Notes under the pieces: model-generated
What the model was told of the DNA's origin: nothing
The model's input: only the letters and a program-made list of their open reading frames with translations
Databases searched by the model: none
Made by a program: the position numbers and the translations under genes
In this document: positions 39,771 to 50,469 of the stretch, one piece after another
Numbering within the stretch: the first letter of the stretch is position 1
How the letters are laid out: the number at the start of each line of letters is the position of its first letter
Origin: Amphiscolops sp. MND2022
Taxonomy: Eukaryota
Assembly: GCA_964187785.1 (NCBI GenBank)
Contig: OZ076409.1
Span: 50,842,001-50,906,000, forward strand
DNA: 64,000 nucleotides
Direction: 5' to 3'

Positions 39771-42664
39771 AACAAGTTAAGCGAGCTTGAATAACGTGTA
39801 GCTTTCGCGATGTAGCCAATACGGTCCATTCAGTAAACAGAAACCACTGCATGCAGAAATCAAAATTAGACTCTAATTTCAGAAGGTGAATTCCCAAATA
39901 ACATGAGAGCAAATAACATAAAAACAAAATTAGTTTCGAATAACATTAATATGAAATTGGTTTCTCTTATGTTATGAAGTTTGCTCTTATGTTGGATCTT
40001 CTCTGTTAATTCCCCCAGTGTTTTGATAAAGTTAAGCGGTTAAGAGAAGTTATTTTTGATTTGATAATAACAACCAATCAAATTGCAGTATTTCTAACTC
40101 TTACTGTAACTGAAACTTATCCCTCATAATCATTACCATGATGGTGGGGAATTAAAATTTCTGCGCTTGCTGCAGGGGGGGGGTTGTAATTATTAGAAAA
40201 GATCCCTTAAGTAATTTGGGAATCCACCAAAAAATCTTATTTCGTCATCTCAGATTAGCTTCGCATAACAATTTGAAGTTCGACGTTAAAGTTGCATTTT
40301 TAAACAGATTGTTAATTTGGCGAATTGTGGCTTTTGATTAACTCCCAAAGTAAGTCAACTACCTTCACGAGAGAAAACAACTAACAAGCCAGATGAAAGA
40401 AATGTTTTACTTTTGTTAACTGCCATGATTTGATTACTGGTATGATCTGCGAATAAAATCAGATTCAAATTAAGCATCACAAACAGGGCTGTTCACAATT
40501 AAAATGCGATCATTTTTTGATTCAACATTTTTCTTTACATTTTTTAACATTGTCAACAATTATAATAGCATTTATTGTTACATTTTTTTATACAAACAAT
40601 ATGTAAAACCTTTGAAATTAAAAGAAACAGTCACTTCTTTGACTGTTTGTATAACCCTCAATAATTTTAACGAAACTTCCTGAAAAGGTTTTTCTACACG
40701 ACTAGTAACTAAATCCGAATATTTAATAACATAATAAATTATATTGGCCGAAAACACAAATACATTGGATCAAAAAATAAATAAATTGCATCGTACAAAA
40801 CCACAAATAACTATATTTTCTTTATTTATTGTCAATATATTTAAATACAATATATTTTTTTACATCCCTGATCGTAATGGGCCCAAAATGTTTTCTTTTG
40901 ACTCTAATTCATTCAATAATCACTGATTGCTAATTCAGTATATATTTTTCAAAAGATTCGAATAGATTTTCAAAAGTATTTATATGTGTTCAATGCCTCA
41001 GCATAATGGGGATGGTGGCACAGTTGATAATTCCCTTGGGTATTTGAAGCTAAACGTGTTTAATAGTACCTCCGGATCGATCCCCGCCAACAACCCACTG
41101 GCTAGGCGATTCTATGCAGACAACCCTCATGAAGACTCCCTTCATATCAAAAGACATCGTTGTTGTTCCTCTTAACGACGATAGGAAGAGCCCATATCGA
41201 AGGATCACTGCGCCACTGCATCCCTTTTAATGTCCAATTTTTGATCTTACTAAATCTCGGATAAATTCAGATAAAAATGAATGGGTGAATTCCACATGAA
41301 ATGAATTCATATGGAATGAACTTTTTAAACCTAAATTCAATAAATGAAATTAAATTCAAGTTATATGAATTTTGTTCACTGGCATGGTCAGGTTTTGTCA
41401 TTGTGAAAATTCACATTCAAATGATGAATGAATGAACTTTGATTACTGGTATGATCAGATTCAAGTTGAATTCAGATGAATAAATGAGTTTATTCGCAGA
41501 TCTTTTCAGTAATCAAATCTAATCTTGCCAGTTATTCAAAATGAACTTCATTTTGAATTCAAATCACTTAGAATTCGATACAAACCAGCATTCAATACTG
41601 ATGTTATGTTGATGCTCAATACTGGCATTAACTAAAACATCAAGCATTGAAGTGAACTTTTGTTTGCAACATTGTATCAACACACGCGTGTCAATACATG
41701 TAAAATATTTTGTTGCCAGGTTTAACGAGTTGCGTAAATTCAATCTGATTTTACAGTGATCAAAAATCATTTATTCGCGCTCAACAATCAACAACTGATT
41801 CATCTTTTTTTCACATCAAAACGGGATGCAGTGGATCTTCAATTGTGCCTTCGTATCGCTGTGATAACAACAATCAACAACTGATTCATAATTTTTTCAA
41901 ATCAAAAAGGGATGGATTTTCAATTGTGCCTTCCTATTGCTGTGAAAGGGAATACCAACGATCAGCAACGGATTTTTTTTCATATCAAAAAGGTATGCAG
42001 TAGGGCAGTTAACTGGACCTTCAATTATACCTTCCAAATATGCCTTCTGATCGCTGTGAAGTGGTAATACAGAGTGGTCTGTATAGAGTCGCCGAGGAGT
42101 GTGTATGTGAAGGGATCGATCCGGCGGTAGACAACGGTGCTAGCTTCACTTCATACACAAGGAAAATATCAACTGCGCCACCATCCCCTACATGCCGTTG
42201 CATTGCAAACAAATATAAACTCACACAAACTTATCATTCGTTTCTCTGACTGTATTGCATAACTAACTGTATTGTGTAACTAACATACTGATATTTTTCA
42301 TGACTCCTAAATTCAATTACCAAGTTGTTAATTTGTAATTTGTCCTAACGTTGAATTGATTTTATTGATGATGACTTACATGATGTTTCTAATGATTTGT
42401 TATACATTTAAGAATTTTTTTGTTAAGAATAATTTATTATTCTGAATAACGCCTATGCATGATACAAAATAATTTAAATTTTTGAAATCAAAAACTTGAA
42501 TTGTATAATGTTTTGTAATTGAATTGTATAATTTTTCAAACAGTTCTAAGTAACGATTGCATTTTAAACAGCTTTACAATTACGCTTGTATTATTACAAT
42601 GCTTCACTCCAATGCGTTAATATTTCAGTAATCTCAGAAATCCAAACCATAAGGTTTATGTTTC

Positions 42665-42741
42665 AAAATTTTGCTTACTGTCATGATCAGTTTGATTAAT
42701 TATGATTTAATCAAACTGATCATGACAGTAAGCAAAATTTT
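42665..42741. repeat. 77-bp hairpin with an inverted pair of element A motifs
   Basis: AAAATTTTGCTTACTGTCATGATCAGTTTGATTAA...TTAATCAAACTGATCATGACAGTAAGCAAAATTTT. Confidence 0.92.
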
Positions 42742-43281
42742 TACGCACTAGAAGTTTTGTCAAAGTCAGTTTCGTAGGTGAAAGGAAAGTGGCGCTGCTT
42801 GTCGTTCACTTGTGGGTATATGTGGTGTATATATGCATATAATTAGTATCACTGTAGCTATTCTAAAATTTGGTTTAGCCTTTTAGCTTCAAATAACATA
42901 AAAATGAAATTACTTTCATTTAACATGAAAACTGATAACCCGGTGAAAAAAATGAACTCACGAAATTGTATTTGTAAATTCGTGACCACTTTCTCTTCAA
43001 CAATTTTTGTTTTGTGAAACTTTTCTATCAACTTTGTCGGGCACAAATTACTGCTGAGATTACAAATCTCAACGAAAAATAACTTTTGCCCAGTATAATT
43101 TAGTTTTAAAGAGGCTCTCAGTTAAGGGATCACATAGTGTCGCCCATAACAAGACCCACGCCGAGAACGTGGCCTCTGAAGGGTCTCAAAGATTGTAAAT
43201 ACAACTAAGTAACAATACTTCAACACTGTGCACTGTGGTGTGTTGGAAAATGAACACATGTTTAGTTCATGTTTAAACATC

Positions 43282-43809
43282 TAGCACAGTAATGAACTTG
43301 ACTATTTTACGCGTTTTGTGAGTCATTGGTTTACCTATATTAAAGATGGTGTTATAACCTTTGTTGTGAAGATTGAAATGCATTAATTTCACTTCCGAAG
43401 ATTGATGTTTGAGTTAATGTAAAAAAACATCAATATTGGATGATGATTTGTATTGGTGATCTAAGTGATTCGAATTTATTCACGAGAATTCAAATCATAA
43501 AATTTATGTTTAAAAATATTGCTTACTGTCATGATCAGTAAGAAATAGGTTCAAATCATAAGTTACCGTTGAAAATTTTGCTTACTGTCATGATCAGTAA
43601 GAAATTAGTTCAAATCATAAGTTACCGTTGAAAATTTTGCTTACTGTCATGATCAGTAAGAAATTAGTTCAAATCATAAGTTACCGTTGAAAATTTTTCT
43701 TACTGTCATGATCAGTGAGCAATTAATTCAAACAAAGCAGTAAAACGAACTTAAGAGAATTTTGGTTAATTTTTTCTGAGAAATTATGTTAAGTTGGAGA
43801 AGATTTGAT
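43282..43809 (+). repeat. ~530-bp subterminal direct repeat, copy 2
   Basis: Near-identical to 18415-18942. Confidence 0.92.
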
Positions 43810-44506
43810 GTTTATTGATTTTTTTCACTTGCTAGATGTTTCCGTTATTCCGTTTTGATTCAATGATGACTAGTATTGGATTATGAGTGATTTGAATTCA
43901 ATCACGAATTCAAATCATAAAGTTTCTATTTAAAAGTTTTGCTTACTGGCATGATCAGTGAGCAATTAGTTAAAATCATTAAACTCTAAATTGACTTAAT
44001 TAGTTAGTCACACTAAATGATTAGAATTCTTTTGCATGCATGTGTCATCCATCGTAAACTTTGGTGTATGTATGTATGTGTTAATGTACGTATGCGTTAA
44101 TTGTTTAATCGCGTAATTCAGTCAAAGTTAATGCGTAATTTAGTCAAAGTAATTAAACTCCAAGCAACTATCCAATGTAAATTTATGTGTTTGAAGCAAC
44201 TATTATATTGCCGTAAACTAGTCAAATTTTGACTACTTTACACTTTTCGGTAGTTTAGTAAATGAATACCTCATTAAAAGTGGAATTTAATCAAACTTTG
44301 ACTGAATTACACCTTACTAAATTAGCTTGTAAATTTTGACTGTTTTACACTATTTACTAACTACGCATTTTGACTGGAATTCACCGCGTTCATATTACAC
44401 TGTGCTGCACCACTACACGAGTGGATTACTACAGTCTTTGATCAATTTACAGTAATTGACTATTTTACCCAAAATACTATTTACACCAAGTGATCACTTT
44501 CCACGT

Positions 44507-44528
44507 TTGCGGGACATGTATCGTAATG
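44507..44528 (-). repeat. Element A right terminal inverted repeat
   Basis: TTGCGGGACATGTATCGTAATG, followed by TT and resumed integrase sequence. Confidence 0.92.
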
Positions 44529-44792
44529 TTCACTTCCACGATTATTGCGGAAAGTACACGAATTTTGGGAATTACCACTGGAACGTGCAACAACCAAACA
44601 TACGCAGACGATCGGGAAACTAGAGCGAATACATCCAACACTCAAAACGAATCTCAAAACGGCATGTGGGGAATATCGCCGACAATGGCATAAATACTTG
44701 CCACTTGCAGTTCTGAATCATAATACAAGTTATCATGCAACCATTGGCGGCGAGCCAACACGGATATTTCATAGTCGAGTACCATATATTAT
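44529..44792 (+). pseudogene. pol: Gypsy 2 integrase, resumed 264-bp segment between elements A and B
   Basis: TSTIIAESTRILGIT/LERATTKHTQTIGKLERIHPTLK...WHKYLPLAVLNHNTSYHATIGGEPTRIFHSRVPY, containing the integrase catalytic Glu region. Confidence 0.92.
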
Positions 44793-45914
44793 CAATACAG
44801 TGCCAAAAGTGGGCATTTTGAATTTTTGCAACGGATTTCGCTGGACTGCAGTTTTGGAAAGCGTGCAGCGTAATCCACTAACAAATGCTATTACGTTGCA
44901 GTCGATTCCACTCTTTTGGCGATTTTTCTGCAGCGAATTTCGCTGCAAAGCATTGGATTCCACTATCAAATACCTTAAACATTCGGATCTCGCAGTGGAT
45001 TCCATTAAACACTGCCGTGGATTCCACTGAACGCTGCAGTGGACTCCACCGATGGCCGCAATGGACTCCACCGATAGCCGCAGTGGAATCCACTATCGGC
45101 TGCAGTGGACTCCACTGCAGTGTTTTAGTGGAATTCACTGAAATTTTTCACTGAATTATTTCACTGAATTATTTCAATACCAATCTACAAAACTATCAAC
45201 CATCGAAAGAAAGTGGAGTTCATGTACTTCAGTGCCTGAAAGTTCTTCCTTCACGAGTTCAGTTTTGAGAATGAGAAACTTTTTCAGAATGAGCAAGTGT
45301 CACAAAAAGAAGGATTCAGAATTTCTTCATTTGGCAAATTATTCCCAGTGAGTTTTTACCGCAATCAAGCACCGTTTTACCGCTCTAGTTCCACTGTTAT
45401 TTTTTCATACTTTGATTGAATCATAGTGGGCATCAAAATTTCACACACAGTTCCTGCTAGTTACCTTGTTATACACACATACCTTTAGGTATAACTAGCT
45501 TTCATTTTTCATTTACCTCATGGTGGATACCAAAATTTGGTTCCGAAAATTCACTTCAAGCATACTGCTGACTGCAACGGAGACCTTATCAATTCTACAT
45601 CAAAATTCACACACCGCTCTTTCGTGTATTTTAGGTACAACTAGTTTCCATTTTTCAAGTACCTCAAGGCGGATACCAAAGTTTCTTTCAAATTGAATTA
45701 CAAGCCGAATGATGAATGGAAAACTAAACTCAGGTGAAGAAGACAAGGCAAGGGAAAGTGTTATTCACGGTGTTTTGTTTCGATATTACGAAAAACAAGC
45801 ATTTGTACTTGTAGCAACAGTGTTTAAATACAAGTGAAACTAAAACGAAAGTAGTGAAAAATTGAATCACAACAACGAAAAGTGTTTTGTAAACGGTGTT
45901 TTCTGACAATTCCA

Positions 45915-47644
45915 TCAGTCAAATATCGGTTGAGAATCTTCCTGGAAAAGTTGATTGGCAATGAGGTCATTGTAATCAAAACGGAGCTGCTCAAATGGTA
46001 GATTATCACGTGTAGCTCGGAACACTACAATTTTTTTGCCAATTTGAAACAATTCGATCACTGTGGGCTTCATGTTGGCGCCGTTTGATTTCAATTGCGA
46101 GTGGTTGGCAAGGCGTCCAGGGCAGCGAATATTTGGGTGAAGGGGGCAAATCTCTTTGGAGGCATCAATGATTCTTCTAGAGGCGCCACTTCTAACCTCC
46201 AGAACAAACTCTTGCTTCACACCTTCTTTCTCAAGGACTTGGCTCAATGACATGTTCAAATACACCTCGCCATGGTAATCCATTAAAATGTCGTCCTTTG
46301 AAAATTTCTGTGTGGCAATCACACATCTCCCAAATTTTGACATTTTGGCTAAACAGATTCCAGGCCACAGCTGCGTCTCACATTGTTGCGACAACAAAAT
46401 TTGTTCTTCATATGGCAAATTATGAGCAAGTCCAGCATACCGAGTTCCACTGCTATCAGGTACCTGCGAGGATTTTCTAATTGACTGGTTGTTAGAGAGA
46501 ATCAATAACTGCGCTGTCACTTTTTTCACGTCCTGAATCTTATCCTCCAGCGAAGTCCACAATTGTCGCTGAAAAAATGCCGCCACTCTTGACTCAAGAC
46601 AGTTAATAGCAACTTTCCCAAAAACGTGTTCAAAGTGTAGCAAAGCCCTGGCTGACTGGCGAGTGTACCTTTGCTGGTCTTGGCGGGCGCGAACAGCGTT
46701 TCTCACATCGTCTTTGTCGAAACCTTCAACATTCGAAAAAACCAAATTCATTGCATGTCTCAGCTTGGCGATTTTGAAGCATGGGTCATTGGAAAAGGGC
46801 ATCAGTTCCGCGACTTTACATTTAAAGGTATATTGATCTTTTGTTTCTGCTTTTTTGCTTGAAATGAAAAGATCCACAACAGATTTAACGCGGAAGTCCG
46901 TTTTACCAATTGAATTCACAAAGAATAACTCGGTATTAATTGGACGTTTGTCGGACTTTTCGTATCGAGCAATGGCTAACTTGGTGTGATTGGTAACAAA
47001 AATGGCCGAATTGTGTAAAATACACTTTCAATGCTGCAACAAGACTTCCGGATACTTTGTGAACTGTTCGTTCCGTTGATCCATTTGTGTGTTCCACACA
47101 GATTGAAGGCGTCGCTCAGTGAATCGTCTTCGTGATCCATCACGATTTGCACAACTGAGTGTACCGAGACATACGGATAGACTCCGGATAGTTCGGAACT
47201 TTCAAGCATAGGTGGTACCGCATAATTGAACAGGGTTGTAACTATGCATCGAAAGAGTTCCAACTTAGCATTTTGTACTAGTCCCACATTTTCTTTCGAT
47301 GCCTGCACATGTTTAGCCAACGTTCTTTCGTACATGTTGTTGTCAAAGTAAGTAACTTTCGCACATTTGGATTGGCTGTTACTTAAATTATCCTCACTGC
47401 ACTGGGAGTCAAATGGACGCTTCCCGGGTGGCCCATTGAGCTGGGGTGACACATTGGTCCCGGGCACATTGCTCTGGGGTGGCAAGTTCTGGTGAGGCAG
47501 TGAATTCTGTGACGGGGGGTCCTGTTGTATTGGGTTCTTAGGCAGCAAAGGAATATGAGTCAGATTGTGAGCATTCTGCAGTAAATGTTCTAGAGCTTCT
47601 GTGGGCGTATGTTCAATCAAGTGCTCGATCCCATCGGAGTTCAT
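45915..47644 (-). pseudogene. SET-domain methyltransferase-like gene, element B
   Basis: FGRCVIAT..LMDYHGE, IDAS, GRLANHS, VFRATRD..EQLRFDY in ORF 45915-46919. Upstream ORF 46976-47644 is separated by a stop and frame change (lesion or small intron). Confidence 0.85.
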
Positions 47645-48326
47645 GATTCTAGTTGCACTGAAGAAACCCTCCTCGGGGGCCGATGGAATTGGCGAATAAG
47701 CTGGCGGACAAAAAAAAACATGGATGCATTACTGAGGAAATTCCAGTCGGTAGATCGTCGATGTGGCTGTTGCACAGGTGTAGAAGTCTGGGATGGACAC
47801 AAGCGTGTCGATTCGAGATTTGAAATTTTGTCAGGCATGCTAGAATTATTCACGAACCTAGGAGCACAAATCTTGACAACGGACTTTGCTGAATGAATCA
47901 AAACAATGATGTAAAAAGAAATGACAATTTTGTACTTAATTTTTTTGATAAAACGTCGTTTTACAAATTAGCAGAGACTCGATTTCACCTATTGCACTTC
48001 ACAGTGACTAAATTAATAATTTCAACCAGTAAGTGTTATCAGGTTTATTACGGTGGTTGAGTCCTTTCGGGACTCAAATGCCTGTTCAAATATATTAACA
48101 CTCACGAGATGAGTTTAAAAACTAATTGCTAGTAATAATTTCCTTTTATTGAGCGCTCAAAATGGAATGACACCTTCTTTTTGGATCATCACCGTAAAAT
48201 TAGCTTCTTTTTTGCGCAGTTTATGTGTTGACACCTGGTAATCGCTTTGCACAAATTTGAACAGTTTGTGCTCAAAGGAAGCTCAAGTGTCTTTTTCTGT
48301 TGAAGTCAACTTTAAACTCCACTACA

Positions 48327-49640
48327 ATGCTTCTGCAAACTTTTAAATTATATGAAATTGTCCAAATCCTCGACCCTGGAGCCTATATTTGGGAGTCTGC
48401 GAAGATAATAGCGTTCATAAGTGATTGGTCTCTGAAAATCCAATTGATCGACTGGAACAATCGTCTGCAGAAAATTGAAATTCCCCTAGAACTGCGTCCT
48501 GACCCAAACAGGTGGAACATTAGAAAAGCACGACATTCGCAACCAGTCAAGTCGAAAAAGCGTTCTAAACCCCTGTCATATAACCCAAACCGACTGCAAA
48601 AGAACGAGCCTGTGACATTCTGGCTACCCAATTGTGAGTGTGTGGGGCATTGTTTTATTGATTCCCATGGAAAAATCAAAACAGGAACTATTTCGACGAA
48701 TGACCCATTTACCCATGAGTGTGTCGTGGAGATGGAGGAAATGTTTAGATTTATCCCCTATTGCTATTTGAAGAACTCAGTGGAAGACACCCATGTTGAC
48801 GATGAGAAAGCAGAAGACGACAAGGAAGCTGAAGAGACGAGGCAGGAACATCGGGAAGAACCAAAACAGAAAAGACCTAAAACACAAATACCAGAAACAG
48901 ACTTTTCAGCATTGATACCGCAAACCGATGTTGATGTCAAATTAAGCTATGTACCATGTGTCAATGGAATTTGTCAAAGAGGATCCATTATTACTTTGTC
49001 TGGAATGGAATTCAAAGTGGAGGATTTCTACTACAGTGCACAGAAGTTGAAACAATTTGCAAAAATGGTATCCATGGACGACGAAGACTGCGAACTTAGG
49101 ATGCCAGTAAACAATTGATCGTTAAAGATCTCGGACTATTTAAAAAACGTGGAAATCAATTTTTTTACTCTTGATAATGATGTTGATAGAACGTTTGCAG
49201 TCTTTTCTGCAATTAAGAGATGTGTTGGTTTGTCGTTCAAGAAATCATCAACTGTGACAAACATGATGCCTGCAACAGAGCTCACAAAACGTGTCTGTGG
49301 GTTCAAGTCGGACTCAAGCAGAGAAAACGTGAAATTTTCAATAGAAGTTGAAACGGGAAACTTGGGAAGCTACAACAGCTTAGATTTTATTTTAGGCCAG
49401 AACTGGGACATCATTCTAGATACGCTTGAAGGTGAGCCTGCAACATTGATCAAGACTTTGAAATTCACGAAACATCGCGACTTTATCATGTTCTCACTCA
49501 GGTGCCACATAACTACAACTGAAGGCCACCACAAAAAAATGGAGACCATCGACAAAGCTTTAGGCAAAACATTCAACATGCGCACATTGAATACTTTGTT
49601 GACCAATAGGGGTAGCAATTTTGGTATCCACCGTGAGTAA
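48327..49640 (+). pseudogene. Unknown cargo gene of element B (one in-frame TGA at 49116-49118); possible Tudor/chromo-barrel N-terminus
   Basis: ORFs 48300-49118 and 49149-49640 are in the same frame and homologous to 26583-27851. N-terminus FKLYEIVQILD...WESAKII...LKIQLIDW resembles a Tudor-like barrel. Confidence 0.75.
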
Positions 49641-49967
49641 ATGTGCAAATACATCTTGAAAAAACGTCTGTTTTGTTACCCTAAATAAACTGAATAGTAT
49701 TTTTGTTGGTATTGCACTGATAAAGTTCTTTTTCTTAATTCGATTGTTACAGTAATATTGTCCTTGTTACAATAAATGATGTCAAAAAACTTTTTTCACT
49801 TGCGACTACTTTCTTGAAAAATTCTCGCCAGTAGATAATTTCAAATTATTATTCAGAACGTCCCGATACGTAATAATGCTTTGGTACTTTGGTTTTTGCA
49901 CATTCAAATTTTTGGTACAAACGTTCTACTAAACCTAAATGCATCTAGCCAGAAACAGTAGGTGTAT

Positions 49968-50410
49968 TTGACTAACGTATACCATTACATTGACAGTGGA
50001 TTCCTCAAACAAATGCTTAAACATTTGCGAACCAATTCAAAAGGGGTACATTCAGTGAACTATTGGTTCTAAATAGACTCAAGTTTCTATTGCAGTGGAT
50101 TCCGCTATTCTGGAAAGTATTCTTCATCCTGCGAAAAGCGATATGCGGAATTGACTAACATATACCAATACATTTACTGTGGATTCCACAAACAAATTCT
50201 TAAACATTTGCAAACCAATCCAAAAGGGGTACATTCAGTAACTTATTAGTTCTGAATAGACTCAAGTTTCTATTGTAGTGGATTCCACTATTCTGGAAAA
50301 ATTTCTTCATCCTGCGAAAAGCGATATGCGGAATCGACAGACGTATTTCAATACATTTTAAGTGAGTTCCACAAACAAATGCTCGAACATTTGCAAACCA
50401 ATATAAAAGA
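49968..50410. repeat. ~183-bp tandem repeat with GTGGATTCCAC motif; inverted copies at ~55470-55700 and ~57797-58025
   Basis: TTGACTAACATATACCAATACAT...GTGGATTCCACAAACAAAT...GGGGTACATTCAGT units. Confidence 0.85.
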
Positions 50411-50469
50411 GTAAATTCTAAACTAAATTCTGTTCATTTCTAAACTAAAGAATTTGATAAAGAACAATA

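Larger units (their letters stand above)
18093..44528. mobile_element. Element A: ~26.4-kb TIR DNA transposon with RAG1/Transib/CMC-like transposase and chromatin-modifier cargo
   Basis: Left end CATTACGATACATATCCCCGCAA; right end reverse complement CATTACGATACATGTCCCGCAA; flanked by TT/TT. Excision rejoins ACG ATG TT|C ACT TCC into TDRATMFTSTIIAES of the Gypsy integrase. Contains a 200-N gap, so length is approximate. Confidence 0.93.

Noticed and set aside
40484..42600. Complete hAT element starting at 40484 with internal inverted segments (~41000-41085 versus ~42110-42195)
   Set aside because: The left TIR matches the 37389 MITE, but I could not find a matching right TIR or TSD.
18415..43809. 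Direct repeats as LTRs of a giant retroelement
   Set aside because: No TG...CA ends, PBS/PPT, own TSD or RT between them. The true junctions with the Gypsy host lie further out at the TIRs.
18093..44528. Polinton/Maverick or endogenous virus (size and a possible 6-bp TSD reading)
   Set aside because: No protein-primed polymerase B, capsid, packaging ATPase or retroviral-type integrase inside the element. TIRs are short and do not start with AG, and the genes have introns.
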